Positions 1 to 14,779 of a stretch of 64,000 nt of DNA are shown one piece after another. Numbering within the stretch: the first letter of the stretch is position 1; each line of letters starts with the position of its first letter. The stretch comes from Paragordius varius (taxonomy: Eukaryota; Animalia; Nematomorpha): assembly GCA_964247055.1 (NCBI GenBank), contig OZ176050.1, positions 8,246,001 to 8,310,000 on the forward strand. The letters are read 5' to 3'. The notes beneath the pieces were generated by a model. That model had not been told where the DNA came from. It saw nothing but the letters and a program-made list of their open reading frames with translations, and ran no database searches. The position numbers and the translations under genes were made by a program.

Positions 1-544
1 ATAGATACGCTTTTTAACGTGCAACAATCTATATTTATAGAAATATTTTTACTTGAATTACGTAAATTGTCTTTTTATAGATACTACATGTTATTCCGTG
101 ATTAATGAGTTAAATCCAATATTATAAATCTCCCCTCAAATATCCTAAACCTTTGGTTACATTTTTTGAGCACTATTGTTATTTCGTGAGACTGCTTTTG
201 CTTAAAATAAATATAAGATAGTGCTATAATTATTTATGTATTATAACCGTATTTGGTTAAATAGTAAAATATAGGAGTGTTTGAAGGGCGAATAATTTCA
301 TCATCTAAATAGGTACCGGGTTGAAATTAATAAAATCCTAATATTTATAATTTTAACATATGTGACTTTGAGTTAAAAAATGCATATTGTATTTGGTGTT
401 TATTTTTTGTGGCCTTAATCAATATATTTTTGTTGTAAAATTCCAGAATATTCCCCCCCAAAATTTGAATTGGGTGGTAAAATAATGTTACATTCATAAG
501 CAAAAGACTTGACAAGTTTTTTTAATCACCGATCTTCAAATGTA

Positions 545-1000
545 TACTTCCTGGCTTAAGTAAATTTGCTCAATTTTCTACGCTTGGCTTATAAGTCTGC
601 GACTTTCTTATTACCCCACCCTAAAGCGTAACCGTTTCTTTCATTCAAAATAATCTGAGGTAGGCTACAACAAAATTTTGCTAAAAATTAAATTTTTGAA
701 AAAAGCACATGCAAATATTTTTAGTTGAAATCAAAATTGGGCAAATACATTTAAATCATCGTGCAATCCTGGCATTTTTATGTTTATTTTCAAATGACTA
801 CCCCATAGAAGAGCGAAAAAATTTCGGACTTTCGGAGCCCACATTTAAAAATTATTACTTGCTGGCTTAAGTACTTGCTCAACTTGGCACGCTTGACTTA
901 CAAGTCAAGTGCGACTTTTTTATAACCCCACCCTTTACTTAAGAGAACAAGCCTTTTTTAGAAAAGCGAAAAAATTCGGGACTTTGGGAGTTTGCAACTA
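545..1000. repeat. Diverged direct repeats, probably an old TE
   Basis: GCTTAAGTA..TTGCTCAA..ACGCTTG..TGCGACTTT..ACCCCACCCT at about 554-623 and 864-934; GAARAGCGAAAAAATT..GGACTTT at about 808 and 961. Confidence 0.55.
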
Positions 1001-1654
1001 ATTAAATTATTTTAAATTATTTTGCTTTTTATAGGTAATATATGATATTTTTTAGTTATATGTTGTGGAAGGAACATTAATAACCAATTTAATTATAAAA
1101 TGTGCCCAAATTTAGCCTTTTTCTGATATGAAACAGTTACCACAAAATAATAGATTTATGTTCTTCGTAAAGAACTAAAGTATCATGATAAACCTGACAC
1201 ATTTCCTGTCACATATTTCCACAGGTTATTTGTTTGTGGACACTTGTATTAAGTTTTTAAAGAAATTTTAAATCTGGGTAGTCTAAAAGAATATGAAGAT
1301 TTATAACATATTTATTTAATTAAAGCCTAAGTCAAATTGAAATCCAAAAATAAATATACATAACTTGATTTTTGTGGTAGGTTATATATTTCTACATAAT
1401 CATATATTTAAAGTATTGAATTTTTATTTTATCCACTGTTTTATCTATTTGTTATAATTACAAACATAATATATAATTATGCTCTTTCATTTTATTAGCC
1501 TATATATTTAAGCTGCATGAATGATGCCCACCTATGGAAACAGATATTAATTATATTATATCCCAATGTTTATCGAAACATGCATTAAAACGTATGTTCA
1601 AATTTAAAATGTTATATTTAAAAAATATATTCTGGCTATTGGTATGTATAATTT

Positions 1655-4600
1655 ATGCTGTTGAAAGAATTTTATTTAATAATTATATTTTTACACCAGT
1701 TATGTTTGGAGGCTGTTTCGATAAACATCTTTACCAATTCCATATTTTCTGAGAACATTGAAGAAAATGACATTGAATACCCCAAAATTAATAGTTTGAG
1801 ACAAATGCCTGGTTTTTTATCTACTGAACTTCATATTGATAATAAAACATACAAACTAGATAATATAAAAACAATGCAACTACATAAATTAAAACATTGG
1901 CCTAATACTAAAAAATTGGCCACATACATAAAAGAATCAGAAAATGCCATCAATTTTAAAAAACAACACCAAAGAAGTCACCCTCTTAAAAAATCAAAAA
2001 GCATTGAAACACTCATGCAAGAATTAGATGACGAAAGTTGATATTTATTTAGTGTTTTTTTAATACTTTTCCTTTTGTGATACTTGCGGCTACATTAATT
2101 ACTCTATTTACCTTATGTATAATAACTTGTAACACAGAGTTCATTTTTTCACCATTAAAGTCTTAGATTGTAATAAAAGTTGTTGATGCCTAATGTAAGT
2201 TTTTCGCAATGTAGATGAAAATAGGTTATAAATATTAATGATGGTATTAAGTTTTTTTTGGTTATGCTCAAAATATATAAGAAGATATATTTTTTTTCAG
2301 TAACTGTGATGGTACTTATTTCCCCCGGGATCAATGATCTATCGTTATATAATTTCACATCATGTTTTATAATAAGGATTTGAGTAAATATGTGGGATTA
2401 TGTATTGTTTTTTTTTGGAAAAAACTTATAATTATAACGTCTCTTTTATGTGATACAAGAATTTATTATTTTATAGATTAGTGGTCTTTTCGCATTGCAT
2501 GTGCAAATAAAAACACATCAATATTTTAAATTTCCTAAATTTGCCACTTTGTTCATTTAGTATTAGATGTTTCACCATCATTTATTTTTTTTGTAAAAAA
2601 TTTTGTGGCGAAAAGGTTAAAATACTGTAAATTTAATTAGTTTCATAAATATTAATATGTTTGGTGTTAAACATATTTATGATATGATAATTTTTACAAT
2701 ATTTTTTAGAAAAATTATGCGATGCGCTTGAATGTGAAACGGATGAAATATGTATCATAAAACACAAAATAGCCACTTGCATATCCTTAAATCTCATAGT
2801 TGGCACGTATAAACTATAATATTATAATATTACATTAATATATCATTTGTAAATATGCCAAACAGCAATGTATCTTAATGATAAAAATATAAAATTTCGT
2901 CATTTAAAATTTCATTTGCAATATTATAAGGTGGATATTATTCAGCAAGTTTCGTTCGTAAATGATTGTTAGAAAACATATAAAATCAATTTTATCAATA
3001 ATTTATCAAATTTGATAGTTTATTTAATTACATGGAAATTTTTTTTACAAAAGATAATTAATATTACAAAAGTTTTCGCATTAATAACAAAAATATTTGG
3101 TAATCTTAATATTTATACTGATGCTCATGAACTTATATCAAAAGCTATCTCCAAAATTGGTTATTATCTATGCTTTTATATTGAACGGGTTCATTGCCTG
3201 TTGTATTTGACAATAACAGCTATTATATCTTAAAGAGAATATCCTAGAACGTTGATTAGAGGATACTCTTAAAAAATTCCAAGTTAATTTACTTAAAAAA
3301 ATGTGCTCGATAAAACCAGATTTACAGAAGTTTAAATTTATTTTTTTTGTTTACAACAAACACAATTAAAGTATATTGATTGTAGCTCAAGTTATTCCAT
3401 CCAGTTGTCGATTATATAAGATTTGACTGCTAGTTTATGTGTGATAATTGCCATTTACGGAATATGAGAATTTTAGCAATGTTTATTAAACAAAAATTTT
3501 AGATAATTATCTTAATGGTTGTTTGATTAGCGTCTAATTAAGAAATGTGGACATACACCTTTAAAACAAAATTAGCTAATTAGATTAATGATTTTTATAA
3601 TGTTGGTAGTTGCTTATGTAATTTAGTGTTGTTCTAATATATAGATCAAGGAACATGAATTAAATAAATAATTTATGAAAATACTATTTTATAAATTAAA
3701 GATAATTTTAATTCCTTAATTTTTAAATTGAGGACAAGTGTGATTGCAAATTTATAATTATACAACACCATTTACAATAATTAAACGTAGTCGTAATTAC
3801 TTTTGTGTGTATAAAAATAAAATATCATGAAGCCAGTGCTTCTCGTACCTTTTTTGGCACCTTGTCCCCTTATATCATTTTTTGATGCACCGCCCAAAAG
3901 TTATTATCGTGCTCGCGCATAGAAAATGCAAAAATTATTTTATCACGCCTCCCTTATATTACTATGCCTCCAAAGAAGCGAGCCTTTTAGGCTGGGGACT
4001 AATACTTTTTTATTTTGGATGTTACTACAATCATATATTTCCTATAAGTTCTGTGTTGTTTTATAATGTTTTTATTCAACTTTTAGCACATCAAAGGCTG
4101 ATTTGTTGGAAACTGTGACAGAAAAAGTAGAAAGTACCACACCTAAAAATTTCGAAGCAGATAATAATGTTGTTCAGCCATCAATTATTCACACATATTT
4201 TCCTCCAAATCAGAATTATAACACAACATCAAAAGATACAAATAATATGAATTGTTTACCATGTGTAGATTTCAAGCACAGTCCAGTTTGTGATTCTCAG
4301 GGTTTCACTTACCAAAATTTGTGCGTTTTTCGTTATACCACTTGCCAATTAATTCAAAAGTTTCTTAAAAACAATTTTGGGGCAGGAAAACAAGAATTGA
4401 ATTATAGCTCTATTCTTCCAATTGATGAAGGAAATGACTTTACGAGATTTATAACACACATTCCTACCATAGAATGTACAGGCAAGTGCCCTTGTAGATC
4501 AACTACATATCCTCCAAAACTGATAGCTAGTTCTTTAACAAATTATTATCAACGCCCGCAACTAACTGAAAATCTTCTAGTCAATGCAGGTATAAATAAA

Positions 4601-6450
4601 ATACAATATAATTTATTATTTTATGCTATTAGATATACCAAACACTTATTCCGAATTATTGAATGAGATTGTTGACGAACCCACAGAAAAACACCATCCA
4701 TTAAACACAATTCGAAATTATGAAACACATAATAATTTACATGTTCAGGCTAAAACGGATATTCAACAAAGAACGCAATGGCAAAACCAATTAAGCCCAA
4801 TGACCGAGTTAGACAAAAAACTTGCAAAAGGTTTAGAATAAAAATATTATATTGTAATAATCGCAATAAACAAGAGCTGCTTGTTTTTTTATAATTTCTT
4901 TTTATTTCAGTGATCCAAGCAATTTTTTGACCCCTAATATATTTAATTTATAAATTTTGAGGCGCCCCATGATTATAGCGACCGCACCACAATGAAATAA
5001 CTTTTCAAACTCTTACACCCAATTCACACTTAAATAAATTTAAAAAATTTTATGACGAACTAGCTTGATTTACTTGAGCCATTTATTAAGCGGCTTTCTT
5101 TAGATGGGAGCGTATAAGGATATATTGAAATTTAAGACGGTAAAGAAGTTTTAAAAGAATATTTATTTTGTTCTAGAAAATTGTTCAACTGAAAAATTGA
5201 TTGAATTCAAAGAACGGTTATTGAAATGGTTTGATGTGCTTAATCAGCTAGAACATAACACCACTGATTCACATGGCGAAAGTAATTAATTTTTATCTAT
5301 ATAGCGTTTTATTAAATGAATTAAATATTTTTTTTATAATCTTCCCAAATACGTCGTAAAATAAAAATAATAGTACTCAAATTTTAGCACGCAGGCATCG
5401 TCAAGAGTTGGTAAATACTTAAAATAAGCAAAAGACAAACGTCGTATTTACGAATTTTAATCAAAAAAGCCTTCCTCGTTGCCCACACAATATAAAACCT
5501 TTCTTTCTTTTTTCATTGATTCTATAAGTTAGTCTATAACACTTTTTTAATATAAGATTATCGTAAAATTTGCAAATCGTTCGATTTGACGCATCAAGAC
5601 GACGATAATGGATACCATCACGTAGAATGGATGTTTAACATGCTGGATTTAAATCATGATGGGGTTTTAGATCAATCGGAGTTTCGGCACATAGAGACAC
5701 CATATATAAGTTCCAGGGAACCATGTCTAAAACCTTTATTAACTGTTATTTGCGATACTAATGATGATTCTATTATATCAAGTTATGAATGGTGTCAATG
5801 TATGATAAAGAAAAACGGTATATTATGTACTTTTATTATTGGGTGGTTTACATACAATATGATTTGACAAATTTTAGGTCTCATGGGTTTTTTTTTAAGA
5901 TTTAATAAAATGAAATATAATATATGCATTAGACTTTAAAAAGCTGGTGTCAAATTCCGTACCATAATGCAAAAACTAAAATGCAATAACATTAAAAAGC
6001 CTTAAAATTCTTAGAAAGACTAACTTTAAGCATTTTTTAAAAAAGAAAAACATAAAGCCCACCTTAACTATCCCTCTATTGTAAAACCCACGCAACCTTT
6101 TATGAATTATTTTAACGAAAACACTCATAGATTTTTAATCTAAAAGTTATCAATATCTAATATACTTTATAGTTATCAAACCATGTTTTGAAGCCAAAAA
6201 ACTTGCCTTGATTTCGATACCAATCTTTCACAAAGATCTAACAAAATCTCATCATAACTTTGCTATGAAACATTACATACCCAATTGTGATGATCAGGGA
6301 TTTTTCGAACCGGCTCAGTGTCATGATATATTTTGTTGGTGCGTAACGCCACACGGATTAATACGAAATGGTTCAAAAAGCAAATTTTTACATGGGCCAA
6401 AATATTATCAATGTTTTACCTCGGATGATACAGAGAAAGGTATTTCTTAA
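1655..6450 (+). CDS. SPOCK: Testican/SPOCK-family (Cow-like) secreted protein, about 607 aa, 7 exons
   Basis: Exons 1655-2036, 2710-2806, 4087-4589, 4633-4830, 5177-5281, 5557-5817 and 6173-6450 join in phase at GT-AG boundaries (1824 nt). Domain order: signal peptide (MLLKEFYLIIIFLHQLCLEA), follistatin-N-like (LCDALECETDEICIIKHKIATC), Kazal (CLPC..PVCDSQGFTYQNLC..C..CTGKCPC), SPARC EC/EF-hand (CSTEKLIEFKERLLKWF; WMFNMLDLNHDGVLDQSE; CDTNDDSIISSYEWCQC), thyroglobulin type-1 (YIPNCDDQGFFEPAQC..CWCV). Extra 3' exons (about 6666-6707 and 6782-6798, via a donor at 6440) are possible but unproven. Confidence 0.9.
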
Positions 6451-8419
6451 GTCAACTATTTATAAACGTAAAACATTTCTCCTTAAAAATTAAAGTACAA
6501 CTTTTTATTTGTTATATTTATAATAAAAATTCTGTTTTACATTGTAAAACTATCCATCGTACAATATGCAGTTAAGTATATTTTTTTAAACTCATGGAGT
6601 GTTTAATTTCGTTTTTTTTCATTTTATGCAAAAGTTATTTTTAACACAAAAATTATAAATTTTAGCAGAATGGGACAGGACTTTGTTGGCTAAACACCGA
6701 AGACGAAGTATATCACACTCTTTATATTTAATAGTTAATCCAATTTTTTTACTTTTTTTCATTTTTTTTATATATACACAGAATTGGAGGAAGAATGAAA
6801 AAATATTAAACTCAATTCGCATTTAAAAATCACGGTATTTACTTATCCAAAAGGCTTCCACATTCCTTAAAATTTTGCTTTTTTATACATTTATAGTCAA
6901 ATTATTTTTAATGTCAAACATTTGCTTGCATAAATTATTTATTGTATAATTTTCTAATTATTTAAATAATATATGTGATATTTAGTCATCATAATAAATT
7001 TTTATTGCATTGCTACCTGTTATTAGTCCAAGATCTTTTTTTTATCTTTCTTCTTTCCGTCCCCTTCTCTCAAAATTTTTGCGCGCATTAATCTATCAAA
7101 TAAACATATAATAATTCAAAATAAAAAACCAAAAGTTTGTAAGAATATTTTTTTAGAAAGTAATAAAAAAAACATTTTGATTTTTTAACATTCGATCAAT
7201 ATAAACCAAAGTCTGGTAAAAAAACTCCACTCTATTCACTTATTATACGGCGCGCACTTATAAATTAAGTCTTTCTTATACCGTTGATATATATATATAT
7301 ATAAATGGTATTGATTAAAATAGTTGAATATTATTTCGGTTTGGCTCACATTGACTATTTGGAACAAGTAAATTTGGGGCTGTCCTTTTTCTTTAAGCGG
7401 CAATGTATAGTTGTAAATATGTGCTGTAAAATTAACATTGTTAAAATTGCAGTAGTTAGAGTTTATACTCTTAGCGTTTCATTTCCAACTCTAGACAATT
7501 TTTTTACGTTCGTTACTATTATTGTCCAGTTTCTATGACATATGTCATAGCTTTTTCCGATTTTGTGAATCTTGATTTTATGATTTTTTTCTATAAACAA
7601 CCGGTAGGGAAAGGATTGTTTCCATGCTGCCCTAACGAGGATTTATTGGTAATAAGCGGAATTACAGGATGCACCTATAATAATACTAATATTTTTGATT
7701 AATTTCTCTTTTATTTTTGAAGTCTTTTGATATAAAGCATGAAAATTCGGTTCGTCTTCGGTAATTATGATCATGGTTTTTGTATTTTTTAGGCATTTTT
7801 AGTAACTATTCTAGCAAATAAGGCATTATCATAGCATAGTGTAATTATTAGATCATCAGCCTACGAAATTTAATTGGGGATTCTTACACGAAATTTTATT
7901 ATTTCGCATAATATTTATGAAACGAAATAGACAAACCCTTATGACCGTTTTTACAAAAATCTGATTCTTGAAGTTGTAAATACACAGCTGATTGAGTTTA
8001 AAATGAGATTTATTGTTATTATGTTATTGTGGCATAATGAATCTGTGAAACTTTTCCGTAATGACACAGATGGTAAAGTTTCCGTCATTTCGCTAATTAG
8101 TTATTCTACAGTTGTTTGAGTCTAAAGATGTGACGGGTTGTAATTTTATCATATGAGAAGGCAAACTGCATTGGATATATTAGGATAAAGTTGGGGCTGA
8201 TAAATCGGTTTTTTAGGAATTTTGAATGTTACAAACCGTCTTCCACATCTCCTTTATATTTGTAAATTGGAAATTTAATAGTTTTTTCCTAATCAGTAGT
8301 TATTTTAATTTTTACCAATATGTTGGATACAATTGTTAGAATAGTGATTATATTTAGGATATGTTTGATATATCTAAGGATGTAGCAGTCCTGATTTACC
8401 TACCTATTATATAGTATTT

Positions 8420-9250
8420 TTACTCTGAAAGATTACTTTTATGGATAAAGCGTTGCTCAAAAATATTCTAAATTTTCAGACTAAATTTGACAAATTTGCA
8501 TTTCACACTGATATCATAAACTTAGGAATGTGTATTTAACCTCTTCCTTGATATCCATCAACTCCTTATTCAAACACTGAAAATTTTTGTTTATTGAATC
8601 TATTTGGCTAAGTAGTGATTTAATTTCATTGGTTTGCATATTTTCTTCGTCTCTGAAATCGAGTGATAGGGTGCATTTGCGTGGGAACCAATCAAGATTT
8701 CCATCCTATAATTAATTTAATATTATAATTTTGAATATCACATTAGTAAATATAAATATTTGTACAAGTTACATATAAAAAAATCCCAAGTTGCTTTACT
8801 TATTTTATGTTTATCTATGACTTAAAAATAATACAAAAACAGAGCTCAAAACGTAAAATTTCGACGACTGATTTTCATAATTGGATCAATAAACTTATCT
8901 AACAACTGTTTAAATATATTCAAGTTTTTTTGCGTTTCTTCAGCCCAATATCAAAATGATGTAAACAATGTAGAAATGGGGCTGTCATAATATGATAATA
9001 ACTGATTTTGTTTTGTAGGGTTCGAAAGATCAACGCACACTCCTTATTTAAACATTGTATATACCGAAAGATGAAATTTCTTTAAGACATTTAGCAAGTT
9101 CTTCCTTTTGGCGGCGTTATACGGGCATTTAGATGTGCAAAAGCGTAAATTAAATAAATACATACTATGTTTGGTTAATTTTTTTATGTTTTATTAAATT
9201 ATTTGACGGCCTTTAACTGTTTAAAACATGTATTTTGAATAAACAATATA

Positions 9251-9291
<41 letters not shown>

Positions 9292-12200
9292 TATATATAT
9301 TTAAAATAATTACATATAATTCAGCCATAAAACGATTAGCAAAAAATGATAGTGAAACCTAGCATCAATTCATGATATTTATTTCATAATGTAACAAAAA
9401 TTTTTTAATTTTGATAAAAATATATGAATGTCATACTTTAATTAATTTTTGTACATAATATTCTGGGCCGGTAAATTCCGTTGGATCCTTTACTTTTAAC
9501 AATATTATGAAGTAAAAGTAGTTCCATAAGTTGTGCTCTTTGTTAACGTGGTCCTCAAATGTCATTCGCTTATTATCAAAAGCTTTTCGTTCCAAACCTA
9601 TTTGGCATACAATAAATATTTTCATTATTTAATTGCAAATCAATTAAAAAGATATTAAATCAAATAATCTTACAGCATATGAAACAAGTGTTTCGCAAAA
9701 TTTCTTCCTTTTCTTGTTTTTCGCTTCTCAAATCAGCGAAAGTATCAATGATGACACCAAATATAAGATTCAGTACGATGATGATAATGATAAAGTAGAA
9801 TAGTAAATCATATATAACTCGCAATCCGTATAAAGATTCCTAAACGGCACAAAATTAGTTTGATATATGGTCTATTATTATCACATTTAAAAATATTTGT
9901 TTGCAAAAGTTATTCACTTTTGTGTGTTGGTTATTCAAAACCGTTTATGCACGGTTATCTAATTATTATTAATTAATCTATTGTTACTTAAAATGTTTTG
10001 AGAAAAACGGGAATAGTTTAAAAGTATGACATGAAAAATTGATCCATTTATGAAATATTGGGTTTACATAAATTTTGTTTTTTGAATCTTAATTTTATCA
10101 TAAAAAAATAAAAAAGTTGGTTAATTACAGATACATTAAATGAAGTATTCATTGCTCAAAAATTAAGATCTACCTCGAATTTCGGGAATGATCCTTGTTA
10201 ACACCTCTTATTAGCGCATTAATACATTAAGGTTATCAAAAATTAATTTAAAAATATTGGCAAAAATATGTTAGCCATGCAAAAAATTAAATAATCCGAC
10301 ATTAAACCACCCATGTTTATCGTTTATTATAATATAAAATAATAGGTTAAAAGCCGAAAAAAATAAAACTAACAAAATAAAAACGCTCAAATCACACAAA
10401 ATAGGAACTTTTAAATAATTGCTACAAATAATCAAAACTGGAACAAGCTAATATAATTTAAAGGCTTGAAAGACAAAAGAATAATAATAAGTGTGTTTAA
10501 TTTTAAATTCCTATCAAGCTTTCGAATAGTCGACATGTGAATTGAAAACATATAATTTTATTTTTACTATTACCAAAATAAATTGTTTTACCTTAGTGCT
10601 TGGTTTACGCAATATGTCACCAATACCGCCTCCACTACGTAATCCCTCATTCACGGCTGTAATTAAACACATAAAAAGTGTATCACATTTACGCTCTTTT
10701 GTATCTTCAATATCCACGTCATCCGGAACATTTTTATGAGATTTGAATCCTTGATTAATTTTGTCCACTTTAACTATTAATTGATAAATATTAGATCAAA
10801 ATATATGACATTACTAAGAATTAGATAAAAAAGAAAAATTATATACAAGGTATGTGAGCGTTACAAACAAATTTTTTCTGGGCAGGATTAAAATTGCATT
10901 GTTCTATTTCATCCTCGTTTTCGTCCCAATATTGATCATTAGATTTTGAATCATCTAAATTATATTTTAGAATAATGGTATAAATATTCAGATAAAATAT
11001 TTTAGCCTTTAAGCGTGCTGTAAATTAACTTATTCAGTCCACATATTTTTGATAAATAAAATAATTGATACTCTAACCACGATTTCAAAAATATATAACT
11101 GATATTTAAGGACCCGAAAAATTTATTTTAGAACATATAAATTAAATTTTCAAATATTACTTATATCATTAAATAGGTTCTCTGTTGGAAGTTCTTTATT
11201 ATTTTGTCCAATATAATGGATTACATATTGTAAATTTTTCAGATGACAAACAAATCTATTGGTAGACTTGCCTAATATAGATAAAAGATAATTTGCAAAT
11301 ATAATTTTAACAATTATAAAAGCGTTTATAAATTATAAGAAATATTCAAACATTTTTCAAATTTATGATGTCTTCCCTCAAAATGTTGAAGGGTATCCTT
11401 AATAATTGGCCATTGCTTTATTTTATTTATCCAAAGATTTGGATAATATTGTGAATTCGATTTAACAATATGGCTTTTGTAGGGTTGGGCTTCCAAAATA
11501 AAATCTTGTCGGAAAAAGATAAACCCTATCATGGCAAACAAGTAAATGATTACGGCGAAAATTGCTGTTAATATTATTGAGCGACCATTTCTCGTAACTG
11601 ATTTGATGACGTTAAGTAATGTTTCTTCTCTGTACACCACATCTAACAACTAAATTTTTGGTTAATATATTTGCATGTTTTATGAATGCAAAAAAGCCCA
11701 GTTTGAGATGATAAATATTGGTTGCAATTATATATATTTCAAAATTTTTTCTAATTAATACACTTAAAATTGGAAAGATTTTATGGGATGAAAAAAATAT
11801 TAAATTTAAATTGTCCTGGAATAATGAATATATAATACCAGTATTCCATAAAAAAATTCATGGTATAAAAATCCAGCACAGCTAATCATGACATAACATA
11901 CATGGTAATAAATTTCGAAATCAGTTAAAGCTTTCGGCAAAGATTTTGCATATTTTCCACGGTGTCCGAATAAACTAACCAAATGTATGATTGATGTAAT
12001 AACCTAAAAATAAATAACAAGGGACAATAATACTATAAATTTAATATGTAAAATCGAATTAAAAAATCGAGATATCTTTTAATGTATTTTATTAAATATA
12101 AATAAGGTTCTTATTGTTAAAATAAATAAAATACCAATAAAAATCCGAGTATTTTCGTTGTGTATACGATTCCTAACGTCAAAATCATTCGAATAACGGA

Positions 12201-14741
12201 TAAAAATATTAAGGTTATTAAGGATGGTTTTTTCGGTAATGACAACGCAGTTATACATGTCAAAATCAATGCGATCCATATAATCATTGAGAATTTATAA
12301 TCAATTTCTGGACGAACACATATATGTTATGCAATTTATATTTATACAAAAATATGTAACATTTTATAAATTTTAATACTTTTCAGGGATTGGAACCGTT
12401 ACGAGAATATAAACAGTTATTAAATACGGCTTGAAATTTCTTAAAACCGCGGTCCTACATGGCTCCATTTTTTTTATAATTTCAATTTATATTTTGGTTT
12501 ATGTAAACATAAAAAGTATCTCATTTATTTTCACGGAATTGTGGCATTTTTAGAGCAAGCTTTAAATTTAGATATGTTGGGTAGAAATTAAAACAATTTT
12601 TGAAACCCTTTTTTTATAAAATATTTTATGCCGAATCCGATACAAATAATTTGTCTTGCAACGTAACCATAAACGGTTCGATCCCAACCCCTGATATATA
12701 TATAATATATTAGATTAAATAAGATAAAAATTCTATTTGAAACGCACCTGTCACATTGTTTTGAAACGGATAAAAAAGGGCAATAATAAGATTGAGAATT
12801 AAAACCATGTAGAAACATAAATTGCTCCATAATCTAACGTGATTGGCAAACCAATAGTATATTGGTTGAGCTAAAATATTAAAAGTAATTTTTTAAAATG
12901 ATAAAGAAATCTAATAAGTTTGGTATAAAATGCTAAGGTGCAATTAGTCACCCTGAAGTCTTTTTTGCCATTTTAATTCTGAGTACAGTTCGGGAATCAT
13001 GAGGAAAAAATCCCCAACTTTTCTTCCTTGTTCATCTTGCTTGGCCTCACGATATACCCGATTTTTTGTTGTTTCCGTAATGTATTCACAAATCGTGGGT
13101 ATTGGAAAAATTATTTGTTCCAATTTCCCATCACTACGGACAATCTAATGACAAATTCAATTTCATCCATGTAAAAAATTATGTGAAAAAAGAGACTCTA
13201 AACTCAGGTAAACAATTGCGACACTCATAACAGCTATGTTTTCTAAAAATATTTTTATAATTTTTTTAAGATATTGAGAAAAATGGAGTATCATATCAAT
13301 AATTTAACAATTGCTTTTTTATTCATTAAATTAAAAATTATTATGTTGATTAAGGCCCAAACGCCAAATTCTAAATTTCTTTATAAGGTTATAGGAATTT
13401 AAATTTTCCAAATACAATTTGTATTTTTAAGGCTCACCATTCGTGTTTGATAGTATGTCTTATGCAATTCTAATATATTTAGCATCAATAATAAAGAAAT
13501 GCCATTTATAACAGAAATTTCCCTATTTGTTTCATTATAACAAATAATACTATGCCACTGTTGTATAAAAATGATCATATAAGGTTTGGTTGTATAATTT
13601 AACCATAATATTATTTTAAAAGATAAATTATAACCTATTTAATTTTCCCTAAAAATAACTTGATTTTTACTTCGATTTGAGCCGTTTTCTTTGCATAAAA
13701 TTCTAAGGCTTCATGTGTTGTCTGATTATGAATCGGGTTGTTGGGATTCAAAATTTTGGCCAAATCGTCGTTAAAACGCGACAGATAAACGGTTAAAATA
13801 TAAATATTGTGACCAACAATCTAAACAATATTATTTTAAGGTTATATCATAAAAATAAGAAAAATATTTAGGGTTAATACTCTCAATAATTATTTATACA
13901 TTTTTTGATAATTTTCTAAAATAAAAAAAATTAAATGTTTACTCGCCGTGTCCTGTAGTTCGACGTGTTAAATATATTATTTTTATTGTTATAATATTAT
14001 ATACTTACCGTTGACTTATCAATGCAATATAAATCATCTTCAGTCGATTTTTCACTGTGAATTTTATTTTGTTCCAAATAAAAAGATGTTATTGTATCAA
14101 GCTATAATAAATTAAGTCCATTTACTATGATATTAAAATTCAAATTAAATAGGATTCTTTCAGAAGTCTCAGTATCATTTCTACTTTCCATAAGCGAAAG
14201 CAATAATTTGACCGCATTGTACTAAAAAATATTGATAATACAGTTAACCTTGATATCCAAACACAGATCCAATCTTTTGGAGGATAAGGGTGTTATATCA
14301 TTTAATATCATACCAATTATAATGTCTATTACATTGGATTCATGTTTTGATATGCAATTCTGTGTGGAAAAAAGTTGAAAAAATACACGTAAAAATATAA
14401 TCAAAAGATTAATACACCTTTAGCTATATTAATTAACTGATTATTTGAATTTAAGGATGGTGTTATTATGTGATATCATTTGATCCACCTAAAATTTGCT
14501 ACAAAATAATCAATACTTCCTATGTTTGGATTCAGTCCAATCCATTATCATGAATTTATTTAAAAATTTTACACCAAATTTTAGGCGGCATAGTAAGTTT
14601 AATTCCATTTATTGTTAAATTGGTGTTATTGAAAACATAATAGGGCCGCTTTATTTTCAAAATTTTCTGTTTGACTCTATAAATGCTACTTTAGTTTAAT
14701 TTAAAATTCGTATAAACGACTGATACCAAAATTGCAAAGTT

Positions 14742-14779
<38 letters not shown>

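Noticed and set aside
1534-1752. 72-aa ORF overlapping the SPOCK start
   Set aside because: It is in a different frame with no homology; at most a uORF. The 1655 ATG supplies a good signal peptide and joins exon 2 in phase.
13943-13952. Possible 10-nt ITPR micro-exon (CAG|GACACGGCGA|GT)
   Set aside because: It shifts the frame with the consensus donor at 14008 and would need a weaker upstream donor. Direct joining is simpler; only RNA-seq could rescue it.
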